A stretch of 63,880 bases of DNA, filler included, from Perkinsus chesapeaki ATCC PRA-425 (lineage: Eukaryota; Protista; Perkinsozoa): assembly GCA_013115145.1 (NCBI GenBank). It is 7 parts of 7 records of this genome, joined end to end, with 100 filler letters (N's around TTAATTAATTAA, not from the genome) between each part and the next. Parts side by side here need not be neighbours in the genome. Positions count along the whole stretch, not along the records: positions 31,548 to 51,546 come from JAAPAO010000626.1; 6 more parts are not named here. One strand, written 5' to 3'. A program made the translations under genes and the position numbers. The first letter of the stretch is position 1. The number at the start of each line of letters is the position of its first letter. Of this stretch, positions 35,927 through 48,367 are shown piece after piece. The notes beneath the pieces were generated by a model. It was not told where the DNA came from, made no database searches, and worked only from the letters and a program-made list of their open reading frames with translations.

Positions 35927-38900
35927 ATGGACGCTGAGAACGTTAAGCGTGTTTGGATTGATGCATGGGAATCAGTTGCCGCCGACTTCAAGTCGTTCTC
36001 AAGTCAAATGTGTAAGGCCACTCAAATGAAAAAAATAATCGTCACGATTCAAATTTAGAATTTCAAAATGGTTATAGCAACGCCTTTTATGTACTGTACA
36101 TAAAATGATTGCGATTCCCAGTGATTGTAAGAGTCACTGGTAATTCAAAAGAACTTCTCATTCAGAGACGAAAACCCTTCAAGTGCAAGGTATTAATACC
36201 ATGTTGGCTAAGACAAGGGACCATCAACAAATATTCGTTTGTTCGATGGATTTCGTGCATCTATCGGGCTCGTCGTAAACAATTCTAGGTATGGCCGATG
36301 TGGATGGGACGGGTGAAGGCAAACTTGTTATGGTAGATAGGAAGAAACGTATTAGAGTATACAAAGGTAAGACCTCCATGCAGCTCACTGGCTTCTGAAT
36401 CACGTGTGCGAGTTTACGACAGTTCCTGTAGTGTAGGGCAATGAGTGGCTCAATTAAAAAAGACTTTGAAAAATATAGCAGCACTGTCGAATCTACATTC
36501 CGGCAAGCTACAAACACACCGCTAATGCAAGGTACCAAAGTAGTGTGGGAGCAAAAACTCCTCGTGGCACCTGTGGCCGTTCGTCCGTTCCATCCCGCCA
36601 ACACTGCAGATGGGGTGCCAAGTAGTCCCCACCTTCCTAATCTACATCCGCCTTTAACGTATCCTCAGGCGTAGCAGTTGTTTCTGGGCCTCATGTTTTC
36701 ATATACAGACATTTGAAACCGCATATGAAAGTGAGCTATGGGTGGAAGTGATTCGCTCTATCTGTGCACGCCACTCGAGGCTGCGTTCTGATGTTTCTCA
36801 TCCAGCATTTCGGCAATGTTCCCCAGTATTGGCTAGTCTAATATATAAGTAGTTTACCAACATATCTCAGTTCCGTGATGAAACTGGGTTTAGATGCATT
36901 ATAGACCATTGAGCATTCGGTGATGACCGAATTTCGGTCAACTAGCCGAGTTTTCATGTGACCCGTTTCATGTCCGTTTTATCTCAGCTTCAACTATCAG
37001 CAATGTCCCGTTGCAAAAATAGTTTCAATGAGTAGAATTGACACTCTCAATGATCAGCTCTTTTTATACTTAGTTCACATTGCCGCCGATCGAGGTTACA
37101 GATGACGAGCTGAAGATTTGGAAGGTGAGCGATCGAAGGCATTACACACTGTACAACGCAACAGTTGCACTGCAACTCTAATCGAGCGATCAGCTCAATC
37201 GACGGATAAGCCTAATACTAGAGCCGCTCAGGATCTGAATGGAAGCGAGCCATGCCCTAACATCAGGCTGATTCGCCTCTGATCCTCGCTCATTGCTTCA
37301 ATCCTGTGTAGCGGTCTCGATTCCCGATCCCGGTTAGGGATGTAGAAGTAAATTATTCGTAGCATCGACCAAGCCACGAGATGATGAATGGAGTAACGGA
37401 TGCGATCCTCAGGATCTACGAGCAGCTGTGTCAAAGTGTAGACAATCTGCCAAATACGATATAGAAGAGAGTGGATTAGCTCTTGTCGATGAGAAGAAGG
37501 ATGCTTCCGAAAAGTGAAGAGCGGAATGTTTTGGTTTACGAGAATCTTTCTTTTCTACGGAACGTAATCCTTTTTTGATTTCTACCAGTTTTAGCACTTT
37601 GTACTACAAAGAGTAAATCCTATTGAAATTGTATATCACATAATGTGTATTATGACTTCGCTTGAGACATTTCAAGCCCGATCAATTGATCGAGTATTCA
37701 ACATCCGATCGCCTATCACGCCAAAGACCAATCAGTAGTTTTCTTCAGGCCCTCCCTTCCACAAGACCTCGATATAGACCTCTACTTGGCTAGACTGCAC
37801 GAGCTAAGGGACTCTGGAATGTAAGTGAGACGTGGAATCCTGCTTACAACTCAAAGCGCGGAGTACCTCTGGCGGCTAGGAAAGACCCTTGCCGTAAGAC
37901 AGTGGGCAAAGTACTAACTCTTAAAAACCTCGCATCACAGTTATATAAGCATCACAGTACCTGAACATATATTGATGTTATTGAGGTTCAGCTTACTTAG
38001 CCTAGCAATAGTTACTGGCAATGGCCCATCACTGATTGGCGATGGCATCGGTAACCCACATTCCGAGCTTGTCGGCTTTCGCACTTCGGCGAAGATACAA
38101 TGGAGTTTCACCCGTGTTGTGTAAAACGCATAACGCATAACGTAACGCGAAATAGACGATTTGAGAGCTCAAAACGCGAAAAACGCGTAAGCGTTGAACA
38201 TACCGTCATCCATGACGCGTTGACATAACGCGCGAGAGACAAAACGCAATTAACAGCACAACAAGAAATTTAGACGATAGAAACTAAGCGGCAGGCCCAA
38301 TCCCAGTTTTCTGATGATAAATGAAATCGAAGTTAATTAGAATTCTACAAGCCCAAACCATCCTGGGGGGCTTATTTCCAGTTCTGTGCACATGACCTCA
38401 AGTCCAAGGGAAAGCCTAAGGCCAAGTCCCAAGCTCCACCCAGAAAAAGGAGGAAATGAGATGGGACCCCGTAGATCGATCAGGAATGGTACTGTATGTG
38501 ACGAGTTTTTCGTATTCTCTTTTCTGTTGGTTGTGTTCGTGCAGTTAAGTCTCGTGATGAAAAGTGATTCACGCGTTGTGTTGTGTTTTACGCGTTTAAC
38601 ACTTCGCGTAACGCGGTAAACACGTTATGACGCGTTATCGCGTTAGAGTTTTTCGCGATACTGCGTTTCACGCGTGCGTTATGACGCGAAGTGTTATCTC
38701 AACACAACATATCGCGTTTTTCGCGTAAAACACTTCGCGTAAAACAGTTTTACGCGTAAAACAGGTGAAACTCCAATATTTCGCTGACAACAGACGATCA
38801 TATGAAACTGTTACGAGAATCGGGGGAGCACTTTTCGATTGTTCATGGCTCATGAGCCTTTTTCATGCACTACAGAATGCCGCGTCCGTAGCGGATGAAT

Positions 38901-41900
38901 TCTCCATCAAAATGCGTCAGAAAACATTTATTGACAGAGAAATATTCGAAGCAACCAGCGAATCTTGCGTCGCAGCAGTTTCCCAGATATTTGTCAATAA
39001 AGACACATGACATTCTAGCCGGCATTGAGAACCCTAATGTGGTAGAATCCATAATCCTGGACTTCCTGAAGGTAGTTCAGCTGAGTTAGATTATAGTAGT
39101 CTAACAACGTCAGGGCGATGCTTCAGCAGACTCGGCCAGCCTACAAAGCCTGGAGACGATCACGTGTCTTGAGGTAACGTATAGATGGATTCGTCTCTGC
39201 CAGAGACTTTGGGATCTCTGTGTTGTACTCGAAGTACATATATGTATCTTCTTTACACTACCTTATGATTTTTCTTTCTCCTGTATACTCATATCTAGTA
39301 CTCCCTACTGTACTCTCAATAGCTTACACGATGGACTATCGTCGATAGCTTGCCTCAGTAGTATTCTGAAACCGGCCACTCCCCGGTTCGTCGTTTTGTC
39401 CTTTCCCTTCTTCCTGGAAGAATGTCTAGTAGACATTGTCTACTGTGTTCGTCTTTGGGGATATAGTAAAGTGTAGAAGACATAGAGAGGCTCTTATAGG
39501 CAGCGCTATACCCTTATATCGCTGAGCGATATGTGTTGTCTGGCGCATTGAATCAAAAGGCGACATTCTACGGCAAGAGCCCTTGAGGGTTTTGCAACAG
39601 TACTTCTCCCATTTTGCATCGTATTCGATATTTGATGATACGCGGTCCTTCTGCTTTGACTCGTCTATCCCAGGTTCTAAAGAAAACCGCCGATAGGAAG
39701 ACAGCGGCGTCCATGCTAGTCGCCGCCTGCGAGTCTGGCACGGTGTTCCTGGTCAATCCTTCAGTTACAGGAATTGCCCTCAAGGTTCGCAAGGGTCTTT
39801 AACCGTCGGATGAATCCGATGAGACCTGACCTTCGACACTTCAGATAGACCTCCCTGAGGGCGTAGCACCGGCTTTCATGGCCGTCAGTGGCGTTTTCGA
39901 ATTGGAGTATCGCATTTTCGTTGCAACAAGAAGCGGCAAGATAATCTCCATCAAGAACGGTCAGGTGAGTGTGTAGTTGTAGTCGCCCGGCGACTGTCGC
40001 CGCTTTCCCTAGTTATTTCACAAAATCGTGATAATAACCTAGAATATTATGAGCTCTGTTTAAAGTACGCCTTAAGTAGTTCGATGTACTATCAGCTGTT
40101 GAGTCGACGCCAGTGGACAGTTCTAATAAAGATATGGTTCACCCCGAGCAAAACTATAAGGCTTTCTGTATCACAGAATTCCTGTGAAGTATAGGGCCCT
40201 TTGTATGCTTTACTCCCGGACTGAAGCGTACGGTTGAACTATCTGCAAATTTAAGACTTCAATTTAAGATGAATACTACCTGCTTACCGATGACTCACTC
40301 ATCTTCCAAGGGGCCTGTTCAGGTTATGAACACTCGTATCTGCCTCGATGCAATGCCTGTTGGGCTAGTTAAAATAGACAAGTTGCTCTATCTCGGATGT
40401 AAGCCTCGACCTAGACGTTGACGAAAAAAGCTTCCAGGTATGGATATGAAACTTCACTGTTTTCATTTCAAAGGCAAAAAGATGCACACATTGGTCATGC
40501 CCTCACCGATAGTAGCGATGGAAGACTTCAGCTGGGAACCTACCGAGACTTGTGAGCTTTGTGTCTTCTTATCAACAGCCGCGGACCAACTATATGCCTA
40601 CTCGGCCTCTCGGCAAGACCGAAACCGTTCTGGCAGAGTTGCGCTGAGAAATTGCGGTGGCAGGGAACTTGCATTCAATTATTCGATCACCAGATATACC
40701 TGAATAGCTGGCACATCTGATGCAGCATTCTGGTCAAACAAACACTGTTAGTGTCGCCTCTACCTCACATGCGGCCCCTAGCCAGTAGCGTTAGTTGAAA
40801 CTATCTTAGTATAAGGCTCTGGCTAAGGCGCTGTTGATCTCTCCTTTTCAGTGAAAGCGATGGTTGTCGGCCTTCGCAACGGTGAGATACGTGTGTATAA
40901 TGGAAGATACCTCGTGGGAAGTTGTTGCCGGAAAGTCGCCCATCGTCATTCAGGTGAATACCCTTACATTGAAGGGTGGCCATATGATTTATGGGATGTG
41001 TGTTGGCTCCTTTGGTCGAGAGGATGCCACCATGGCCATCTCAACTAAAGCAGGATCGGTCATTGTTAAGATACTCCATAGTGAGTGTGTATCGATTTCT
41101 ATTGCAGAGAGTTCGCAGGGAGTATTTCTGGATTTCTCGTCGTGATGGCACATTCTTCAATTGAAATCCATAAGACATGCTCTACTTCGCTTAGGTCCAT
41201 CCGCTGAAGATGCGGATTGACTCCTGTCCTGACATCATCTGCGTTTACGGACTGTAAAATTTCGACTTGGCCGTTCCAGTGCAACGGTCCCGCCGAAAAT
41301 TTGCGTGTACAAGGCTTCACTTCCAACATCTTCATGTTCTGTAGCCTCTCCATGCATCATTAAGTATCAATTAGAGATTCATAAGTGATAAACTCGAAAT
41401 GTCTAACATCTTCAAAGTTTGATGTTAAACATTTCGAGTTTGAAGTTCAAACATCCTCTGCTACTCTGTCCTGATGCTTAGGAGATGTTAAACTGAATAC
41501 GAAAGAGAACTCCACTACTGGACCACCTCCGGAACAAGATATACCGCTTAATGTAAGGACATCAGGCATCTAGGAAGTATGCCTAGAGAACTCCGACCAT
41601 GATTCTATACCTGTATGTGGGAATACGAGTTTCCTGCTTTCACAAGTTCCGCAAATTTGGCTGGTTATTTTATCCGACATTCACCTTGTGAATTTCACCA
41701 AGACTCTCGCTCACTGTCTTATTATTAGGTTCCTAAAAAGACTCGTCTATACATTGAACAGACACAAAGAGAAAGAGAACAGCCAGTCGAGATACACAGG
41801 GCATTTCAACGCGATCTATGCAAGCTAAGACTGAGTAAGTTGCTCCGAATAACTCACTAATAGGAAGAGAAGGAAACTTATATTTATAGTTATATCAAGT

Positions 41901-43068
41901 TCATAGTTTGAGTCAAATACAGTACATGTATCACTATAGCATTATATCACATCGTGTGAATGAGGAGAGTTTACATCCGAAAATTATTCTTCTATTAGAA
42001 TTATTAGCCTCGGAACCTCTTATTAGAAATGAGTACGTTTTACGTACCTAGTACAGGCCATAATAAGCTATAATTTATAGCTTATTATTCAAGTATAAAT
42101 AGCGCCCGGTATGTATTATTTCGTTCCTCCGAAATGTTAGGGGCACTTTAACATTTTCAGTTTATAATAGGCTTCGGGTTTCTAATTCACTTCTCCGCTA
42201 CTAACGTGGTGTCATGCTCGAGTTAGGAAGGATATATATTTCTTGTAGGAACTATTCAGGAGTATGTCCAAGTATTGAATGCCAGTCGCGAAGGTCACAT
42301 TACTACAGTGAATGCTGCAGGCCGCGGAGAACAAGCAATTATCAAAGCCACTGTGAGCTTTTCACAGTAACTGGGTCCCGTTTCAGTTTATTATTATGTT
42401 CGACAACATTTCCAGAACAAATTTAATGAAAAAAACCGTCGATGGTTTGCTGCCTGTCAGGTTCAAGGAATGGGACCTCACTTTCGCATGGCAGTAACAT
42501 TGACAGTTAAAACACAAGGCGAGCCTCTCTCTGATAAGATGCTTTTGGCGCTTGCTAACACGGAGCTGTAAGTCTGGGCCCTTGAAGTTAACTCTCCTAC
42601 TAAAAAGATACAATAGCAAACTCCGGTCACATTTGGATAATCCGGAAGAATATTTAATAAATATCGTTATTCACTCGCTGTATAAACCTCGGAGCCATAG
42701 ATAGTATCCAATATGAAATTCAAATTAAAGCATTATCTATTAGTGTTATTAGCTAATGCATTGCTAATATGTTATTAGAGTCGTATTCGGTGTTATGTGA
42801 TATCTAATAGATACAGAATAGAAGTTCCGGTAGTAAGACTACCGCTTCTGGTTCCCGACCTCGTATACTCCTATTATGTAAGCATTCTGCCTGCTACCCT
42901 CGCGAGGACCGAGAATCCTGTCTTTTCTAGTTTAACATCAAGTTCGTTGGTGAGCCTGGTTCGGGGCTAACTGATGCCGTGAAACTGCTACTACTGAATC
43001 GGACTGCCACAAGCTCTAAGCCCGAGGCTATCTGTGTGGTCCATTTGGCGGTAGGTCATCCTGGGTGA
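35927..43068 (+). CDS. BBS1: Bardet-Biedl syndrome 1 protein (BBSome subunit), many exons
   Basis: Ordered exons colinear with human BBS1: VWIDAWESVAADFKSFSSQM|CMADVDGTGEGKLV; GVAVVSGPHVFIYRHLKPHMK|FTLPP; ETITCLE|VLKKTADRKTAASMLVAACE; VSGVFELEYRIFVATRSG; GLRNGEIRVY; GSFGREDATMAISTKAGSVIVKIL; VPKKTRLYIEQTQRERE...HRAFQRDL; VQGMGPHF; PLLVPDL; stop TGA 43066-43068. Confidence 0.9.
38102..38774. mobile_element. Non-autonomous DNA transposon (MITE), 673 bp, 11-bp TIRs, 3-bp AAT target-site duplication
   Basis: aat|GGAGTTTCACC ... GGTGAAACTCC|aat (TSD at 38099-38101 and 38775-38777). Subterminal arms are dense in mirrored (A)ACGCG/CGCGT(T) motifs. No coding capacity. Confidence 0.85.
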
Positions 43069-44870
43069 CTTAACTAGGTTCATGAGCTCGTCTAGTAGCT
43101 CTCTCATGAGTTATGAGTCATAACTTTAAGTCGGAAAATAGTTTGGTAATATGCATGCTACATGGCATGTATATCGACGGGGAGCTCTTGTTATTACGAG
43201 ATTGCATTCTCTAAAATATTTCTGCACTGAGCGTTCCTGCCCAACTCATCCGATCCGTACGACGCAGGTTGAAAATCAGTTGAAATCGTAAACTGTCTCA
43301 CATGTCCCTGCTGTAGGGAACCGTGTACTGTATAGATATATTGGGTGTATTTTGCATTTTTATGAGCTATGCTCGGTGAGCTACCAACGGATACCGGGTC
43401 TCGGTTGCATTGCAGATCTTCGCCTCCAGGTATCCGATGTTGATCTTGAGTGATATCATGTAATAGTGCAATGTCTCCAATCCGCATGTATATCGAGTTT
43501 ATGTCGAGGGGAGTCCCCTTAGGAGAGTAACAAGATATACCACTGTGAATTCGTAATCAACGTTATAGAGGAACTAGAACTATTCCCAGAAACAATCGAT
43601 ACTCTTTGACAGTCAAGGTTTGACTAAAACTGCCTATTCATAAAACGAACTTGAACGTCGATTGATAAACCAATTTTCCGTCTCCGCATTCCCGCCACGC
43701 ATTAGAATCTCTCAACTATCAGTCCAGATCGGCGCAACCTGACCGGTTCGTTGGGCAAAGGTAAGACAGGCACCGCTAAGAAGCCTATATGGTGAGACTT
43801 AAATCTAGTTCTCCCAAAAGAAGCCGATACGGCGAGACTCGGAGCTAGTTTTCCCCAATCGAGAAACGTAATTTCACCTGAGAGGGAATGGGAGTTCTGA
43901 CATCGATTTTCTGTCCAGAAGGGCATTTGGAAGTCTCAGCCTTCTATGCCCTTAGCTAATCGTCGGTGGCACCCTTCTTTTGTGCGCCTGCGTAATCGTA
44001 TCGCTTCCTTTCATGGAAGGCATACAAACATCGTCCTCGAAGGGTCGGGTCCGGTATTGCCAGCAACGTCAGCCGTGACCGGTTAAGGGGACAATTGGTG
44101 CCCACCTCGGTGGAAACGGCAGCGTGAATATTACTATTGAAGTACCACTTCGATGGTGCACAAAAGCCTCTCGCCAATAGTGAAGACACGGTAGGGTATT
44201 CTATGGCCACCGTACAGGCAAAAACCAAGACGACTGAATCGCTCGGTGATTTGGTGACAGGGACGGCCCATTTGTCCCACAGGACACAGTGACACCGTCA
44301 CCCGGTAACGGTGACAGCGAACTCATCGCCATACCTTCTCCCGGGGAAGTTACCCAGACTGGGCAACCCAGTGAGTGCAACCTAGTCGATAGATGGCACG
44401 GTCCAACTAGGAATCTAATACGTAGCCACCAAGTACTATTTCATTGATGGGTTCAATCGATTGAAGAGCGAGGAGCACTGGCGAAGGCGCCATCCCTTCG
44501 AGGGACTCCCTTGCTACGAAATTGTTGTCTTCTTCACCGAGCCGGCTTATGAGTTGTTTGCCAGAAACTTTTTGAGGAGAATGACAGTCATTCAATGACT
44601 TTGCCGTCTCCGAAGCAGTCTTAAAAAACCGCACCAGTTGCGTAATCTTTAACTTGCCCCCAATCCTAGGAAATAGGACCAGTAACTCGTTCCTAGAGTA
44701 TATGCCGTAGCTTCTACCTCAATCTTGAGCCTCAAGACTTGAGGTGACGCTAGGTGTGACTGTGACACCGTGACGCGTGGCATTTCCCTTGTCCATTCGT
44801 CAGCGTCATGTTGTGTAAATTACACAGTGTAATCTTATTGGAAAAGACTTGTTCTTTCTTATCGTGGAAA

Positions 44871-46124
44871 ATGTTACATCCCTACATCTACCTCGCGGTT
44901 ACTATGTCTGCGCTGACTCATGTAGCAGCCCAGCCCAATGGCACCTATGGCTCAGACACCGCTGTCGTACTCTTCTTTGAGATATTTGTTGATCTAACCA
45001 GCCCCACTGGAGGTACTGTGGACCTGTCTGGTATCCCTGAGCCCGAGTATGGCAGTTTGCTCGACGTGAGAGGTATTACATTCAACTACAACGGCACTGG
45101 GCTCGTTCTAGATGGCGATGATACAGATTTGAAAGAATTGCTGAACCACTATGAACTTCCATCAACTCAATGGTTGGTTCTTCACTATAATTCCTCCCTC
45201 GACGAGATAGAGGTTAACTGGAACGGTACCATCTTCAAATGCACCAAACAAAATGTTGAGGAGAATAACCCTCGTTATTCCAACTCAGCCACCGCTGATA
45301 GTCATACTGATAGACGACTTAGTGAAAGGAATGGTGTTGAACGACGTATGACCATCGAACGCCCCGAAGGGAATAGAACTTACTGGATCTACTATCCTAC
45401 AACAACCTCGCTCAATTTTGTTCTGGTGAACTTGCACGGGGTGGCTTACCAATGTGAGGACTGGAAATATCAAAGTCGTTTGATCGACTATGCGGAGGAG
45501 TACAAGTTTGCCTTGTTCACGCCATGTGGAGTGCAGAACGCCGTATATCTTACATCCTGGAATGCGGGAGGATGCTGTCATGCTACATCCTCTGTCAACG
45601 ACACGGAGTTCATCAAGGCGATGATAAGAGACCCCGAGTGGAAACTACCCGAGTGGACCCCAGTTTATGCTGTTGGATACAGCAATGGTGGGATGATGAC
45701 CGAGACTCTGATGTGTCGTAATGTGGTGTCGAGGGCCGTCTCTGTCGCCGGCATCCTATTCATGGCCAGAGGATCTGCAGCCTTCGACGCATGTGATGCG
45801 GTTTATAACTCTACTGATGACAAAAGGATACTTCACATTCATGGAACTGAAGACGGTTATGTCCAGTGGAGTGGAAGCTGGTTTCGCGGTAACCCTCCAG
45901 TTAGAGCTGACATGGCAAGATGGGCGATGAGGATGGGGTGTACCAAGTCATTTAATCGAACAAAGCTCTTCGAGGGTCGCTTCAAGTACCTTGACTGGCA
46001 TTGCCCTTGGTCGAGAAGAGTGTCGTTGGTCCGCGTTGAGGGCGGAGCTCATAATTTCTATAAGAGAAGAAATCTGGATGTCGCAGAGTATGCTGTACGC
46101 TTCCTTACAGCACCAAATCCCTAA
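44871..46124 (+). CDS. Secreted alpha/beta-hydrolase of LpqC/PHB-depolymerase/feruloyl-esterase type, with a lineage-specific N-terminal domain; intronless, 417 aa
   Basis: Signal peptide to AA|QPNGTY. Motifs RTYWIYYP, LVNLHG, SWNAGGCC, nucleophile VGYSNGGMM, HIHGTEDGYV and VEGGAH. Confidence 0.85.
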   Translation: MLHPYIYLAVTMSALTHVAAQPNGTYGSDTAVVLFFEIFVDLTSPTGGTVDLSGIPEPEYGSLLDVRGITFNYNGTGLVLDGDDTDLKELLNHYELPSTQWLVLHYNSSLDEIEVNWNGTIFKCTKQNVEENNPRYSNSATADSHTDRRLSERNGVERRMTIERPEGNRTYWIYYPTTTSLNFVLVNLHGVAYQCEDWKYQSRLIDYAEEYKFALFTPCGVQNAVYLTSWNAGGCCHATSSVNDTEFIKAMIRDPEWKLPEWTPVYAVGYSNGGMMTETLMCRNVVSRAVSVAGILFMARGSAAFDACDAVYNSTDDKRILHIHGTEDGYVQWSGSWFRGNPPVRADMARWAMRMGCTKSFNRTKLFEGRFKYLDWHCPWSRRVSLVRVEGGAHNFYKRRNLDVAEYAVRFLTAPNP

Positions 46125-47363
46125 AACCTGTGGGCGGTCGTAGCCTACTAAGCAGGTTTCCGCCTGCTCAAGTGAAGTCCCTATTTGTTATAAAGACCTT
46201 ATGTTGATAACCTTCACCACTGATGAGCTATGATTATGGACAACCCTCTGGCGCCCAGCTTCATGTAGTTTCATATATGTAGCATTCTTCACTGAAGAAT
46301 CTTCAGATAGTCCCAATGATCGCACTCACACTCTATGTGCATGCGTTGTCGGAGCGCACACGTGTCCTTGATCATTCGAGCACACGCGTCCTTTTGCTTG
46401 ATTAGCCTTCCCAGCGAGCCCATGCAATGCGCTTGCTCCGAGGCAGCGAGCCAGCGACACCCCGCAACTTTGTGTCGCCTCATTGGTAGTCGCTGAACTT
46501 CTGTGGTTGTGGTAGCCCATGGCCTCCCAACCTTGAAGTCCAGCTGTAGTCAAGTTGTCGGCGGTCCATCACCATCATCTGTCACTTCAAGCGCAATCAG
46601 CTTATTGCTAAACCTGCTAGTAGTCGTGTTCGTAAATCCCATCGAGTTTCGTACACCCAACGGCTAGGCTGTATTGCAGCCTGCCAGGCTGAGCCTGGCA
46701 ATATGATTCATTTGCGATGCTTCATTGTTCATTTGGGTAACACAATTTGTTCCAAATTGGGTCTTTCAATGCGTCATACAAGTCACCGAACCTTATTCAT
46801 CTTTCGCTGTAGATCGGCTTAAATTGGTTTTTACTAGTGGAACCACATAAGATATCGTTCAACCGTTACATGGTTGTAAACTTTACATTAAGTTTACAAA
46901 TTGCAAATTTGTTATGCAAATTACCGAAATTTAGTTATCTCTCGCCGTAGAGCGGCTTGAGATGCCAAACTTAGATGGTATATGTATTTTCACTAGGGGA
47001 AATCGATGAGATATCGATCGACCGTTTTATGGGCCGCTTCATTCTTGTATTTGGCACACGGCCAGTTTAGCGCGCGCCCAGCGTGCGATTCTGTTATGCA
47101 ACTGTCACGGAAAATGTGATATATTCCTCTTAGAGTGAAGCGGTACCTTCAAAACAGTTTACATATCACTAGGCGTTCCTTAAGCACCTTGATACAGGTT
47201 ATCTGAGACTTGAAATGCGTGTGACATCGGCGAGTTGCCAATGTGACCACACCGTTGAATGGTGGCTTGAGCAAAGGTGTAACGCTCAGAAACGCCCGCA
47301 ACACAGCAGAGCCTGTTAAGACTACAAATTGGTACAGACGTATGTGAAAAATTGGGCCGATAT

Positions 47364-48367
47364 TCACTTGAACAAGAACATTACACTCTGATACCTTCGC
47401 AGCACCGAGCAGGACATACCGAGGGCGATGCAGAGACATATCATCACAACCGTGAGCTTGTACTTCGAACGAGAGGTGAACCATGGCGTTATATCATTCT
47501 TGGACCCGAGATAGATGAGCCTGAGAAAAACGTGCTCGGGAAGAGGATTTGTAAGAGCATAGTAATAGTCGAACCCATTAGGTTGAACAGAGACCCGAAC
47601 CCTGGAGCCAACAAAGCTAAGCCCATCGCGGTGAGGAATACTGCAGTTCCGGCAGAGAGTAGGATAGCCCAGTGATTCTTGTCTTATATCGATGATACAG
47701 CTTGTTCACCGGCCTTGCCTAAGGGAGCGAAGAAGACGAGTAGTTGGATTACCGAGACAATAATGATCGATATCTGTACGGTGTAGTTAATGCCATCATT
47801 CTGGCCGGCAGAAGACGCCACAGCATCGACCATCACATCGATTGAGCATGTCGGCTCCCCAACCCGCATAGCCCGCAATCCCAATGCTTCCGAGACACAG
47901 TGACATCGTCAGAAAGCCTCCCATAGCAACTCTAGGAAAGCGAGACGGATCGTGCATCTCGGTGACTAGTCCAGGTATGACTGAGGCACCAGTGAGAAAG
48001 TGAAACTGTTCATGAAGTTGGGGGACGATAAGCTGAGCCCACCAATACTCTGGGGACCTAACATCTGCCGATGTCTAAAGGAGCTCGCTTCTCTCGGAGA
48101 TACGATTATTACGGAGAGAACGACCACTAGCATGGCCGCAACACCTACCACGGTATCCTAGGCACGGCATCCTAGGCATCCTACCGTATCGGCCCGATGC
48201 GTTTGAGAGCTGGCAACCAGGAAAAGGGTAGCATAGCAAGGGCAGAAATTAGAACCCAGATTGAGCAAGATAGGTTGGGGACCATGTGGTGCAGTAAAAA
48301 CCAGTAAAATCATGCGAGGGAACAACTGCAGAGTACCCACCATAGAGGCAGATGAGTAACTCATCAT
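47364..48367 (-). pseudogene. Amino-acid transporter (AAAP/Aa_trans-like) pseudogene
   Basis: Fragments MNSFTFSLVPQSY, GSIGIAGYAGW, INYTVQISIIIVSVIQLLVFFAPL, then an in-frame TAA (47684-47686), then GFGSLFNLMGSTITMLLQILFPSTFF. Frameshifts lie between fragments. Confidence 0.55.

Noticed and set aside
43700-44640. Several 70-90-aa minus-strand ORFs between BBS1 and the esterase
   Set aside because: No motifs, splice pattern or compositional support for coding.
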